DNA from: Lama guanicoe
Taxonomy: Eukaryota
Length of the DNA: 64,000 nucleotides
Direction of reading: 5' to 3'
Assembly: GCA_013239625.1 (NCBI GenBank)
Contig: MU056050.1
Span: forward strand, 5,155,366-5,219,365
Shown here: piece after piece, positions 11,799 through 26,427 of the stretch
Layout of the letters: each line of letters starts with the position of its first letter
Numbering within the stretch: position 1 is the first letter of the stretch
The notes under the pieces: model-generated
Told to the model about the DNA's origin: nothing
Database searches by the model: none
Seen by the model: the letters and a program-made list of their open reading frames with translations, nothing else
Program-made: the position numbers and the translations under genes

Positions 11799-14631
11799 CC
11801 GTCTTGACAAAAATAGTTTAGAACAGCTGCTAAACAAACATATAATGCACAAAAAGCAGCAACAACAAACCCCAGAGGACAGAATCTGGTTTACAAAGTT
11901 AACATGTTATCATGTTAATAAGTACATTTTCAACAACAAAAAAAATGAGACATTCGTAGAAACAAGGAACAAGTTTGGCCCATTCACAAGAAAAATAATA
12001 AAATAATTAATAGAAACTGTGCCAGAGGAAGCCCAGCCACTGGAGTTACTAGACAAAAAAATTAATCAGCTATTATAAACTTGTTCAAAGAACTATAAGA
12101 AATCGCAAAAAGCATGTGTCAGTAAAAAGATACTATTAATAAAGAATTATAAATTATAAAAAAAAAACAAATAGGGATTCTGGAACTGAAGTACACAATA
12201 ACTAAAGAAATTCACTAGAGGGTGTCAACAGATATTTGATGGAGCAGAAGAAAGAATCAGTAAACTAGAAGTGAGATCAAATGAGATTATCTCAAGGAAA
12301 AGAAAAGAAAAAGAATGTAGAAAAAAAAAAAAGACCCTAAAGATATCAGTGGCACACCATACCATCAAGCACACCAACATGCACAATAATGGGCGTTGCA
12401 GAAGAAGAGCAGAGCGGGAAGGGGTCAGAAGGATTATCTAACAAAAAAATGGCTAAAAAGTTCCCACATGAATCTATACATAAATCTGTACATCTAAGAA
12501 ACTCAGACTCTCCAAAGGATAAATACAAAGAGATCCACACTGACATGTTATCATCAAACCGTTGAAAGACAGAAACAAAGGAGAGGATCTTGAAATCAGC
12601 AAGAAGAGATTCATTATATACAAGGGATCCTCCATAAGATTAACTGCCAATTTTTCTTCCAAAAACGTGGAGCCTAGAAAGCAGTAGGATGACAAAAGAC
12701 AACAAAACAAAACAACCCTGCCTACCAAAAATTCTAGATAAGGAAAAACTATCCTTCAAAAATTAAGGAGAAATGATGACATTTCCAGATAAACAAAAGC
12801 TGGAGTCTGTTTCTGGTAGATTTGCACTGCACAGGGAATCCGTCAGGCTTAAATGAGAGGAGACCAGACATTAACTCAAAGACATATGAAGAAATAAGAA
12901 CTCTGACAGAGGTAAATTCACCAGTGAATACAAAAGCCAGTGTTACTGTATTTTTGGTTTGTAACACCACTTTCTTTTTCCTATGTGATTTAAAATGTGC
13001 ACTCAGAAAATAATATTATAATCTTTGTTAGTAGGAATACAGTTTATAAAGATGTAATTTGTGGCAATAACAACATGAAAAGGGAGAAGCTGTGTAGGAG
13101 CTGAGCTTTTGTATACTACTGAGGCTAAATTGGCATTAATACAAACTGAACTGTTGTAAATTAAAAATGTTAAATGTAATCCCTGGAGCAACCACTACAG
13201 TATACCTGAAGCATACACAAAAAATTAAATGAAAAGAGAATCAACGCAGTACACTAGAAATATCAAGTAAACACAAAAGAAGGCAGTAATGGAACAATTA
13301 GCAAAAATATACAAGATAAATAGTAAACAAATAGTAAATGGCAGAAGCAGTCCTTCCGTATCAGTAATTATTTTAATGTGAATGGACTGAAAACATCCTT
13401 TGAAAGTCAGAGGTTGGTGAATAGATAAAGAAATAAGATCCAAGTCTATACTGTCTATAACAGTCTTACTTTAGGTATAAATGTGTAAGTAGATTGAAGT
13501 TAGAGGGTGGAGAAAGACATTCAAAGGAAATAGTAACTAAAGGAGAACTGTGGTGTCTTTGCTGGTATCAGACAATATAGAAAATAGACACTGCATTAAA
13601 AATTGTTATAAGAGAGAAAAAAGGACATGTTACATATTGATAAAGGAGTTGATTTATCAAGTTGATACAACAATGATAAAATATATACACTTAACAACAA
13701 AGCCTCAATATATATAAAGTTAAATTAACAGAATTGAATGGAGAAATAGAAAGTTCAACAATAATAGCTGAAAAATTCAATACCCACTTTCAATAATGGA
13801 TATAAAATCTAGACAGAAGATCAGTAAGTAAACAGAGGACTTGACCAACACTATAGATCAACTAGACCTTACAGACATATAAATGCACTCCCTCTTACCA
13901 CCAAAACAGCAAAATATATATTCTTCAAACATCCATGTGGAACTTTTTCCAAATAGATCATATGTTAAAACTCAAAACAAATCTCAACAAAATTAAAAAT
14001 AGTGAAGTATTTTCTCTGACTACAATTGAATAAAACTAGAAAATAATAACAGAAGAAAGCTGGAAAATTTACAAATAGGTGGAAATTTAACACTCAAATA
14101 ACCAACTGGTCAAAGAAGTAAACAGACTGGAATTATAAAACGCTTTGCAAAATATAAAAACAAAACCACAACACACCAAAACGTATGGGATGCCTCAAAA
14201 TCAATGCTTAGAGTAAACTTATAGCTATAAATGCCTACATTAAAAAGGAAGAAAGATCTCAAATCAATAACCTAACTTTACACTTTAAGGAAGTAGGAAA
14301 CGAAGAGCAAACTAATTCAAAGCTAGCAGAAGGAAGGAAACAATGAAAACTATAGTGAGATAAAAACAAATAGGGAACATAAAAAACAACAGAGAAAATC
14401 AATAAAACCAAAAGTGTCTTTTAGTATCACCTTAATTTTTGAAGTATTTAGCTAGTTTGACTATAGAAAAAGAGAAGCCTCAAAATACTAAAATCAGAAA
14501 TTTGAGACTACTACTATCAAACTTACAGAGATAAAAAGGATTGTAAAACAACAATACGAACATATGTAAGCCAGCAAATTAGAAAAATTAATGAAATGTA
14601 CAAATTCCTAGAAATACACACACTACCATAA

Positions 14632-14925
14632 TTGTATACACAAATGTATGTAACAAAACAGAAACAGACTCAGAGAGAACTAGTGGTTACTAGTAGAGAG
14701 ATGGAAAGGGTAAGGGGCAAAATAGGTAAATGGGTAAGAGATGCAAACTACTATGTATAAAATAAATAAGCAACAAGGATATATTTGTACAGCAGAGGGA
14801 AATATAGCCATTACTTTGTAATAATTTTAAATGGAGTGTAATCTAAAAAAATTAGAATCATTATGTTTTACACCTGAAACTAATACAATATTGTAAATCA
14901 ACAATACTTCAAATACAAAGAAGAA
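14632..14925 (+). mobile_element. L1 3' UTR fragment (younger than its flanks)
   Basis: 'aaaacagaaacagactcag...cacctgaaactaatacaatattgtaaatcaac'. Confidence 0.85.
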
Positions 14926-14929
14926 AGTA

Positions 14930-17900
14930 CTTAAAAATAAACGTAATAAGGAACACAATAGAGGAAATGGAAGCTATATATATAAAAGGCAGAAATCTTG
15001 AAGCTGGAAAATACAAAATTAAATGAACCATTTCACTGTATGGACATAGCAGTAGTATAGAAACTGCAAAAGAAGAGATTATTGAACTTAAAACACCAGT
15101 CAACAAAAACTATCCAAAGTGCAGTACACACACACAAGTGAATGAAAATAAATTAACAAATCCTCAGTAAATTGTGAGACAATATCAATCAATCTGATAT
15201 ACATGCAATTGTAGTCACAAAAAAGGGAATAATAATAATAAAATAACAATATTGATAATAATTTGTTTATAACATATGTAAAAGTAAAATGAATTAAAGA
15301 TTGGACTTAAGGAAGTTTTGGAACATTACAAGTTAAGTAGTACACTGTTATTTGAGGGTAGACTGTGATAAACTCAAGATGAATATTGTAAAGCCAAAAA
15401 CAACAAATGATGAGATAAAAATAAGACAATAGAGAAATTAAAGAGGTAACAGGAAAGTAAGGAAACCAATAAAGGGAAATGTGGTCAGAAGTAAAACAAA
15501 TAGTTTAGTAGGCTTAAAACCAACATTTCAACATTTAAATGATGCTTTCAATGTAAATGGTCCATAAATATACAGTCCTAAATATATGAGGTATCCAAGA
15601 AACACACTAATTTTAAAGGCAGAGACTCCTTTAAGTAAAAGTATCACAAAATATACAGAAGTAAAATATTGGTCTACTAATTACAAGAAAGCAGAAATGG
15701 TTATAGGAATTAAACTTCAGTATAAAGGATATTAACAGGGACAAGGAGGGACATTTCATAATGATAAAGGGAAGGATTCATAAAAAATGGCATTAAAAAA
15801 ACTAAAAGAGGATGGACTTAATAACAGAGTTTAAACTTAACACAGAGTAAGTTGATAGACCTTAAAGACAAGTCCATATTTATATTTACAGAAGTCAGTA
15901 TTACCCTTAGGGTAATTGGAAAAATTGACAAATTGATTGACAGGAAATCACTTATAAAAGAACTGTACACTGCTATCAAACAATATGACCTAATTCCCAT
16001 AACACTATCAAAATAAACATTATTTTCAAATGTATATGAAACACTGACCAAGACAGACCAATATGTTACACCATAACCAGTCTGTGACTTCAATTTAATT
16101 TAATTAGAAATCAATAATAAAAATGTTATTTGGAAAATCCCCAAAACATTTAAAAATTACACAGCATGATTCTAACCATAGGTCAATGGAAATATCAAAA
16201 GGAACTCATGAAATGTTTGAAATGAATAATGAAAGCACAACGTACAAATATTCGTGGGGTGCAGATGGAGCAGGACTAAGAGGAAAGTATGGCTTTAAAT
16301 GTTTTAAAAGGACAGTGTTTAAAACCAATGACCTAGGCTTCTATAACTTAGGAAGTTAGAGAATGGGTAATAAATTCAACAAAAGGAGATGGAAAAAGAT
16401 AAATAAACATTCAAGTAGGATTAAATAAAATAGAAGATGGACTAATAATAGAGAAATTTGATGAAACCAAAAGCTAACTGAAACAGTAATAATAAAATTC
16501 ATAAATCTCTATCTAAGATTGATCAACAATACATGTTGATGAATTAAATAGATACATGATCCCTAAACAGAACGCTAGATAGATGACTGCTCGACTGATT
16601 GATAAAGAGTGAGAAAGAACTCAACTTTACCATTTACCATTATCAGAAATAAAAGGAAAAAGTGATTGTAAGTTTTCCACTCATTAAAGGGACAATAAGA
16701 CACCATTATCAACAAATGTAGGAAAATAAATTTAATGAGTTACATAAAATAAACAAATTCTCTGCAAAAATACAACCTACCAAAGTTTAGTTTAAATGAA
16801 AGAAAATCTGAGTAGACTTATATATTAAAGAAATTTAATTTGTTATCAAAAACTTTCACACAGAATATTCCAGGCGGAGATGAATTCACTGGTAAATTCT
16901 ACCAGACATCCAAAGTCTCCATAATGCTAAATATTACATAAATTCTTCCAGAAAATAGTGGAAGAATAAATGTTTCCTAACACTTTTTAAGAGGACAAAA
17001 CTATCCTGAAATAAAAATCAGAGAAATAAGAGAAAGAAAAGTGTAGACTAATACCCATCATGAATAGAGATGCAGAATGCCTTTCTAAATTATTAGCTAA
17101 TTGAATACAAAAACAGTTTGAAAATATAATGTATTGTAGACTACATTTGTCCTAATAGAATAGAAAAAAATATAACTTGACATATTAACAACATAATGCA
17201 GAGAAATATATATTTTACTCAATTAATGCCCAAAAAGCATTCAGTAAAATTCAACACCTGTTGATAATAAAGTTGTACAAATGAAACAAAAAAAAACTTT
17301 CAACACATAGAAGATGAACAGGTTATCTCAACCTGGTAAAGGGCATCTATGAAAAACCTATGGAAAATGTTAAACTTCATGGTAAAGACTGAATGCTTTA
17401 TCCCTAAGATCAGGACCAAGACTATGATGTCTGCTTTCACCGTTTCCATTCAGCCATTTACTGAAAGTGCAATAAGGCAAGACAAAGAAATAAAAAGTAT
17501 ATTGATAGAAAAGGAAAAAGTAAAATTATGTATATTGAGAGCTGACATGATCCTGTTTATAGACCATCCTAAGGCATCTACAATAATCTACAATAGCTAG
17601 AAAGTAAATTTAGCAGAATCCAAGGTATAAAGCGAGCATCAATTTTATTTATATATGCTATGAACAAAATTTAAAACTTAATTTAAAATGTGTCCTATAG
17701 AATTTCATTAAAGTTATAATAAAATACATAAGAATATATTTTTAAAGTATGTCAAGACATACAATAAACCTACAAAATATTGATCAGTTTTCCAAATAAA
17801 TTAAGAAAATGGAAATTTAAATCAACATAATCCATTAGAATACTCGATATTGCTAAAATAAAATTTTTGCCAGATTGACCTATTGATTCAGTGCAGTCCT

Positions 17901-19000
17901 GACTAAAATCCCTGTGGAATATTTCTGTATAAATTTATGAGGTTATTTTCAAAGATACATGAAAATGTAAATAATAGATAATAATAAAATAGAAAAAATC
18001 TTAAAAAATAAAGATTCACTCTAAAGCTACAGAAATCAAGACAGTGTATAATTGGAATACCCATATATATAATTAGTACAAAATGGAGAGTATAGAAGTA
18101 GACCCATACATATATATGGTTAATTGATTTTTACTAACAATACCAAAGTAAATCAATGAGGAAACTACAGTATTTTCAATGAACTGTCAAGGAGCCACAA
18201 AATATCTACAAGGGAGAAACAGAAAAAAGACTTTTATCCCTACCTCACATCATATACAAATATTGATTCAAAATAAATCATAGAACTAAAAGGAAATACT
18301 ATAGTATTTATTAAAGAAAATAGGCGAAAAATATTTGCATCCTTGGTGCAACAATATTTCTTAGAATGGAAACAATGAGCATAAAAGAAAAAAAAGATAA
18401 ATTAGACTTCATCAAAATTAAAAATTAATGCTCTCCAAGAGCCAATATGAAGTAATTGAAAAGACAATCAGAAATTGGGAGAAAATATTCATAAATCTTA
18501 TGTCTGACAAATGATTTGTATACATAATATACAAAGAGCTCCTACAACTTAATACCAGAATCCAGTATTTCTTCAATGTTCAAATATTTGAAGGCACTCC
18601 ACAAAAAATGATACACAAATGTCCAGTATGCATGTGAAAAATTCTCAATATATTTAGACATTAAAAAGTGAAAATTCACATAAACAAAATATGCTCTGGA
18701 ATGCCTAAATTATATAAGCCTAACAATACAGTGTTGTCCAGGATGTGGAGCAACAGGACCCTCATTCATTGCAAAAATACAACATGCCAAATTTAGTCAT
18801 ATTTAGTCAAATATGAAGCAGTTTAAATCTAAGTTTATGTTTATTAAATAAATTAATTTTTTATCAATATCTTCACACCAGAAAAAAACCCTCTAGGCCA
18901 AGATTGTTTTACTCTAAGTGTCATGCATTTTTGAAAATGTAAATTGAGAATGTAAAATGGTATAACTTCAGAAAATATTTTTGGCAAATTTCTTTAAAAC
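14930..19000 (+). mobile_element. Highly decayed ancient L1 (ORF1 remnant, ORF2 EN, RT and C-terminus)
   Basis: Collinear ORF2 motifs, e.g. ORF 17349..17600 'AIRQDKEIKSILIEKEKVKL...ADMILFI'. Confidence 0.85.
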
Positions 19001-20079
19001 TTCAGTATGTTACTGATTAAATTCAGAATTTAATGTAATGTCCAAATTTCTTTCTTTTTTTAATATGGCAACTGTTATCTTCTGTCAAAATTTAGTTGGA
19101 CAATTTTGGAGAGGGGTTTCTTCTTAATATAACTTAGTAAGTATGTTTGCATATTCTGGAGGAGGTATTAACAGCCCTTAAAAAGAATGTCAGTGTATAT
19201 GGAAATCTGCACATATATAAGATATATTTTTATGTATACCTAAATTATGGGGTCTATAATAAAATGCATTAATGAACCCACCTTTCTAAGACTACTCAAA
19301 AATAATCCATTAAAATATTTTTTTATACTTTTGTTTAAAAAGTCACAATTCATTATTAAGAACACCAAAATCAATGCTGGCATCCTTTCTCAAAAGCTTG
19401 GAAAATATTTTAGACCTCAGTAATGCAAACAAATTTTTGTCTGAAAAGAAATGTGTTAATGCAAAACTACTGATTGAATAAAATTGTCATCCCAAATCAG
19501 TAGCACCAAAAAAAAATGACTATTTGATTTAATCCAAAAAAAAAGTGAAGCTCTTTACCTTCCATTTTCTAATACAGCGAAAGGTTTAACAATATTGATG
19601 TTTATTCAGATAGAATCCCAGCACTGAGTCAAAAACATTGAGCTTAGCATCTTAGATATTCAAAATATCACTTGTATGGTTAAAATGAATATACACATTC
19701 TCTAGCTGAGAGAGGTTGATTATAAGGCTCATCACTCACTTAAAGGGATAAATGATTTCTTGTTTTTCAAATTCAGAAAAGGAACAGTGAAAGATGTAAG
19801 AACCTAAAAAATTACTAAGTGATTGAGGCTAACTCAAAGCTTTTTAGGCTATTAAGACACAACTCTATATCTAATACAAGTAATCATCTTAGTTGTATGT
19901 GGTTATATGCTAGAATAAAATATTCTCAAATTGTTTATCTGTAATGGATACACTTCAGATTTAAAGGAAGATATAATTAGTTTAATTTATTTTTCCTTTT
20001 CTGTTGAGAAGGCACTGATTTAATGGATGGATAGACACAAAGGAATCTTTATATAACTAGATATCAATACCTATCTACT

Positions 20080-20416
20080 TTTCATACTCATATGATAGCA
20101 TATGCATATGTGTATGCAGTAGACAGATATAAATACATATATTTAAACATGCATATAGATATATATGTAGATATACAGTTGTATCACTGTTTCAGTCTTT
20201 TTTCCATAAACAAAATCAGATTATTTGGTAAAGGAAATAAAATAAAAGCTAGCCAATGAACACAGTATGTTACAAATTTAAAATAGAATCAAATAAATGA
20301 ATTAAAACAAAATGCATACACATGAAGGTATATAAATATATACCTCTTTAGTATACCCATAATGCCTTGCATAGTGTATATATATGTGTATATATGTATA
20401 TATAAAGTACATATAT
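20080..20416. repeat. TA/CA-rich low-complexity sequence
   Basis: Visible. Confidence 0.6.
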
Positions 20417-20589
20417 CAGGAAATGGCTGCTGATACAATATGACACTTGCTATGTTGAACACCATCTAACACGCATGTGTAACTCTTGGCATATGTTATT
20501 TTTAATTCTAGAGATTTACAATTCTTGCTGGATGAGGTAAATCCTTTTTGCCTTTGAAATTCCAAACAACAACAACAACAGCAACAAAA

Positions 20590-21857
20590 AACAATGTAAA
20601 AAAGCCTGTTTCCTCTGGCCAAAAAACTCACAAAGGTACAGCACAGCAGGGTCTTAATGGGGATACACATACCCAATAGCAGTAGTGGGTCATTGTTCTC
20701 AGAGCAGCAGCAACAGCAGAAACTGGGCTGGTCAACCCATCCCCTGCCCCACGCCTAGAAGCAGCAAGTTGACAACTATTCCACCTCCAGCTCACCTGCA
20801 GGCCTCGTGTCACCTGGCCCTCCAACACCAGCAGAAGGTGACCCAAGACAGGAGTCTCCCAATCCTACACACAGTGGTAGAGAAATACCTAAACCCAGCA
20901 TCTCTCAGGCTTCTACCCCGTAACAGTTGGTTAGCCAGTTCTGGCGGTTCCCAACCTTCTACCAGTTGGCAGACACTGCTGTCTCTGCCTTCTACCCTGC
21001 AGCATTCAACCCATGCAGGTGTTTCCCTTCCCCAGCAGCACAAGAAGAAACGGAGTGGTAAACTCACGGGTACCAAATTGCTGAAACAGAGACCAGGGGA
21101 AACACTCATCATCACAAGATTCTGGCATTATCCAAAATCTCACCTAATATCACACAGCCACACAAAGTGCCTTCCACCACCACAGGTGTTAGCAACAGGG
21201 ATCTAATTTTGAACTCCAGTGGAGTCAGAATAGCATTGCAAAGAGTTGGAAAAGTTAATTGTCATTGATACTTCAGCCCACAAAAGCAGACCATAATCTA
21301 CATGATAAACTTAAACAGGATAACTGTCTGCTAAAATAGAAGGTTTAACATAATACACAGAATATCTTGGATACATTTGATAATCACATATCACACCAAG
21401 AACTGGAAAAAATCCAAAATGAATTAAAAATACACAATCAGTAGACACCAATACGTAGGTGAATATAAGGATGGAAACATCATACAAGAATTTTAAGGAA
21501 GCCATCATATGATGGACATGTTCATTAGCTTGATTTTGGTGATTGCTTCATGGTGCAAACATATATTAAAACATTAAGTTGTGTACCTTAAATATACACA
21601 ATTTTTATTTGTTAATTATACTTCAGTTAAACTTATAGAAAGGAAAAAAATAAAATACTCATTGAAAAATGCTTCAAACATCAATGACAACATCTCTTGA
21701 ATCAAGTTAAAATAATAGAAAATATTAGCAAAGGTATATAATTTATAAAAAAGAATAAAATAAAAATTTTAGAACTAAAAAAAGCACAAAAACTTGATGA
21801 GTTCAATAGTAGAATGGAAATAAAAGAAAATAGAATCAGTGAACGTGAGAACAGAAT
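20590..21857 (+). mobile_element. L1MD-like 5' UTR and ORF1 start, with an L1 3' tail inserted at about 21510-21655
   Basis: 'aattgtcattgatacttcagcccacaaaagcagacc...aaacttaaacagga' followed by ORF1-like A-rich sequence. Confidence 0.65.
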
Positions 21858-22146
21858 TTGGTTTTTTTTTATGGCTTCTCTTTCTTTATTAAACTTCTAA
21901 TTTTGTTCATGTGTTGTTTTCCTGATTTCATCTAGTTGTCTGTGTTCTCCTGCATCTCATTGAACTTCTTTAAAATAATTATTTTGAAAAAAATTATTTA
22001 CATTTTTTTTGTCAGGCAATTTGTAGATTTCTATCTATTTGTGGTCAGTTACTGGTGCTTTATTAGTTTCCTTTGGTGGTGCCATATTTGCCTGATTCTT
22101 TGTGATCCATGTAGCCTGATGTTGGTATCTGTGTATTTGAAGGAGA
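21858..22146 (-). mobile_element. L1 ORF1-start fragment, antisense
   Basis: 'ctcattgaacttctttaaaataattattttgaa...tatctgtgtatttgaagga'. Confidence 0.7.
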
Positions 22147-22510
22147 ACTGATTATCAGGTGTTAAGGTAGGGTAGAGGAAAGGATGTGTCTGTGTGTGTT
22201 TGGTTATTAAAGGGCAACAATAGGGATCCTTGTGTTCATGGAACTGTTTTGTATTTATTATTGTGATATATATAGAAAAAAACCCCACACAAATCTAAAC
22301 ATGAATGCACATTATTTAGTACAAGGAAAACAAGAAAATCTGAACAAGATAGGTGAATTGTGTTTATGTCAATTTACTGGTTGTGATATTTTACTGTAGT
22401 TTCACAAGACATTATTGAAGGGAACTATGTAAAGTGTCTCTACGTTTTATGGTGTCTCTATTATTTCTTACAACTGTGTGAGAGTAAACAGTTATCTAAA
22501 AATTGTAAAA
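22147..22510 (+). mobile_element. L1MC/MD-type 3' end
   Basis: 'aaagggcaacaatagggatccttgtg...ttatttcttacaactgtgtga'. Confidence 0.7.
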
Positions 22511-24408
22511 CTGTTAAGTAAATAAACTAATAAGGGGATTGAATTGTAGGAAAGATAGAACAAAAAAAGATAGTTTTCCGAGGAAATTAGATTCCATCTT
22601 TTGTGGGAAGTGGTTAAGTACATTACTTGGATCTATGTTGTCAAATACTTACTTTTGAATACATTCAGTGAATGATTTTATAAATGGGCAATTGAAATAT
22701 CAACAATGAACTCTTTCTTGATGTGTAATTATTCATCACTTCACATAAAACTTTTAATATAAAAATATGTAGGAGGAAAAGCAAAACATAAAGGGAAAAA
22801 GAAAAAAAATAGTTATTACCAAAATTTTGTGATGCAAACAGTGTCCTAAGTTGGTCAACAGGAAGAACCACCACTGAAATAATTTAATGGTTTACTTTAG
22901 TAATATACTTTAAGTCCCTTTAAATATTATTCCCTTATTATTGGCTATTTCCAATTCAGATTTGATCTTTAGTATTAGGATTTGTCCTTATGTCTCAAGT
23001 GAAGAGTGCCACATACCCTGTTGACAAACAATGCTGTTAGTCCTGTGGTTTCTGCTTATAGCTTTACTATTATTTTACTGGATAATTTCTACTAGTCATT
23101 ACAATTGTTCTTGCAAATTCCTTTGCAAAGTATGCATTTATTAGTTTGAAAGTTTCCTATCCCTTGCTGTGTGAAAACGACTCTTGCTGTGATTAAATGA
23201 GGAGCAAAAAGTCACTCACGGCAGGTCTGGTGGCATTCAGTACCCTTTCATGCAGAGTAAATGGGACTGGTGGGCTTTCCACTGAACATTATTTCTGGGA
23301 CTGCTCAGAAAGAAGCAGACTGTGGGAGCCCTACACAGATGGGCTCTTATGCCTTTTCAGAGAAGCAAGAAAGAGAATTATTTTTCCTTTGGTTGACAAA
23401 GTTGAATAGCTCCAGATTATTAACATTAGTCACTTTTACAGCTGTCCCAGTTTCCTCTGTGTGTACTCAAGCACAGATATTTCTTTCTTATGTTTTTCCT
23501 GATATACCTTATACTGAACCAAAGCAACCAGAAAATTGATTGGAAGTCTACTTACCAGAGAAAGACGACAAGACCAGAAATGGGTAGTGGATTGTAAGAA
23601 CAGTAAGATCTCATGGGATAGGATGCTTTCTCCCTCTCTCTCCCTCCCCTCCCCCCACACATGCATGTCTGCATGCTCACTGCTGTGTGTGTATCTGTGT
23701 CTGCCAGTGTTGTGCTATATGTGATTGGATGTTTAATAGTTGTTTTTAAAACAAGAAAGAAATAATGAAAGAGAGAAAAATGGAAAAACTAACTCACCGT
23801 TACAGCAAATTTTAAAGAATGACTATAGACTCATATGTATTTTCCTAGTCCGAGTTATGATATATTCTGTCACAATAGATCCAGTTGACAGTTGAGGAAA
23901 GCCATACAGTCTTGGGCACATTTTAGAAACACAACCAAGTGAAATATTTGAACAATGTATTTTTGTATAGTAAAGAGGTAATACAATTTATCAGTGGACT
24001 ATTTCTTTAGATATATTAACATTCATGTTTATCTAATTAATTCTTAATTAGTTTTTCAAAATTGTCATATCAGCTGGCTGTTATAAAATTATTTCTAAAT
24101 ATACAAAATTATCTCTTCTAAGTAAAAAAACTTAAAACAGAAAATTTAATTAAAACTAAATGTGTAAAATACATTACTCGGGAGGTTACAGGATAAAACC
24201 TGATAGGTTTAAGAAGGGTTATATACATTAATTAGTGATATTATTGATGGTTAGAAAACCAAACAAAAATATTTGATGTTTATTTTTTAAATTTCTGAAT
24301 ATAATGTCATAATTGACAATCTTTCTGTTCTAAAAATAGCTGTTTATTATCCATGTTAGGGGATTAAAAATTAGGAATAAAGAGATGTATGTTGACAAAG
24401 TAATCTTT

Positions 24409-24876
24409 TGTGGTAGTTTGAATTGTTATTCACTACCATTTCTTCCACCCTCATTCCTGCCATGTTTCTCTGCCCTATTGATTTTGGTCATGACCATGCA
24501 ACATTTACCACATGCGAACAGAAGGTTTAAAAGTAATTGTGATCCGTGACCTTCTTGCCTTCAATCATTAAAATGTATAGCCCTCAGTCATTAAAATTGT
24601 GTGTCCAAGATCATGGATACATTACTTCAGTTTAGTTTTCTGAATGGCAAGACATGTGGAGACATGTTTAGCCAAACCGAACCGAGCCCAGCATATACTG
24701 GCCCAGTAGAGTCTAATAAAGCCAACATATGCCAATAAAACTCAAGACAGCTCAAAAGAGTTACAGGGGACCTTATACCCTAAAGTAACATAAGTAAGAA
24801 ATACATATTTGTTTAAGTCTCTAATAGCATGTGGCTGTTTGTTAAATGAAAAAACATAGTGAAAACACACCAATAT
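24409..24876 (+). mobile_element. MLT1 (G/H-like) solo LTR
   Basis: Starts tgtggtag; 3' part 'aagaaatacatatttgtttaagtctct...ggctgtttgtt'. Confidence 0.65.
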
Positions 24877-26164
24877 GATCCTGTAACACTATTTGACTTT
24901 TTTTTTTTTTAATAGCCACAGCTAGACTGGGGTTTGTAGGGTCAATTCAGTCAGATTGGCGCACTGGTATAATCAATTGTTACATTAGTGATCATCAAAA
25001 TGGAAGAAAATCCATAACTGATATCCTCATAAACAGTTTTGTCAGACCACACTTACAGCACTACTAGAGAATTAATGAGTGAAACAATCACAGTGGGTAG
25101 TGACAACACTTTGGGCCAAACTTGTAATCAATAAACTTGATTACAAATAAAATTTGATAGAATAAGAAAAACAAAATCCATGAGCAAAGCCTTTATTTGT
25201 TCTTACCTGTGAACTATAGATTAGGACACATGTCATCAATACACAAGACACACTACCCTTAAGAAGTTAGAGACTAAGTTAACTTCATTTCTAAAGAAGA
25301 ATCTGATACTTACAGTCTGAGAGAGATGATGACTATCACTACACTTTTACCTACAATTTCTTAAGATATATTACTCAAATACTCATAATTAATAAAATTA
25401 TTTATCATGGCAATGAGGCACTCAGTTTTTATGGAAAAAAAAAGGCCTCCTTGGCATTCTTATTTTTTAAATATATGACAGTTATTATAATTTTTATCTT
25501 TTTTATGTATTCAGTACATACCATGCAGAATGTCTGGAAAGCATTATAAAGAAACAGCATTAAGAATCAGAGACATTGGGAGAAACAAACAAACAAGGAA
25601 ACTACAATGATCATGAAAAGGTCAGTGTTTGGAAAGGTTGCTAAAGAGTAGCTCAGTGGAAACCTGGCAACTAACTGTGCCCAGAATCACAACATTAATC
25701 TCTATCAGCGTATAGCATTCAGGACTTCTGACGTTAGAGATGAATGTACTCTCAGCAAGCAGTAGAAGCCCTATCGGGTTACCTGAAACCCATCAGTGCC
25801 ACGTAACAATAACCGTTAACTTTCGTATTTACTTTTTAAATCTGTCCCACACTGCTTCCCATTGTTGGCTTTGCATTTATTTTTTTTAAGAAACTGAATC
25901 CAACAGAGACTGCATCCAACAATGACTGTTACAGATAATTCTGCTAAAATGCACAGCCATAGATTGAGAGATCTGCAACTCTTATTATTGATACTGGCCC
26001 ACATACTGATGAACTTCTATTTCAAAAGCATATTTAGAGTATCATTTACATTGAAGGAAACTTTTATCTCTAAGACAAACAAGTGGAAAAATCGAAACCA
26101 AATCACAGAATCACACAAACACAAAATCACAGATTTATCCTATATTTTAGATACTCGTTGGTGA

Positions 26165-26427
26165 TTCATTCATCCGTATATTTTAAAAATAATTAAGGAG
26201 AGCCTACTGAGTGCTAATCGTTGTTTTAGATGAAAGGAGTACAGCAGTCAAGAAGACATACAAGTTCATGTTTCCATGGAATATCCTTCATTTTCTAGTT
26301 GGAGGGATAGACACAAAAAATAAACTAAATAATTAGTTCATAGTTGATATTTGCAAGATGTATTTTTTAAAAAATCACAATGACTTAGTAAGTGAAGATA
26401 CTACATGAAGATCAAGGAAATACTCTG
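26165..26427 (-). mobile_element. L2 fragment split by L1MC1 (continues at about 31565-31700)
   Basis: 'ttcattcatcc...gagagcctactgagtgc'; continuation 'gcatgttcaaagaatagaaagaaaggctgcgaggctgga'. Confidence 0.65.

Larger units (their letters stand above)
11045..14630 (+). mobile_element. L1MB-type element: 5' start, ORF1, ORF2 endonuclease through to the Z-domain start; interrupted at 11360-11800
   Basis: 'aaaatggcggagtaggg' start; ORF1 motifs ('gcagaagaaagaatcagt', 'aaactatccttcaaa'); EN motif 'ctctgactacaat' near 14015. Confidence 0.85.

Noticed and set aside
19555..19710. Candidate minus-strand exon ending at aag|gtaaag
   Set aside because: Weak acceptor and stops in all three frames.
20685..21206. 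Longest ORF (173 aa) in a GC-richer patch
   Set aside because: Starts at GTG, has no recognisable domain, and runs into L1MD-like 5' sequence; best read as L1 5' UTR.
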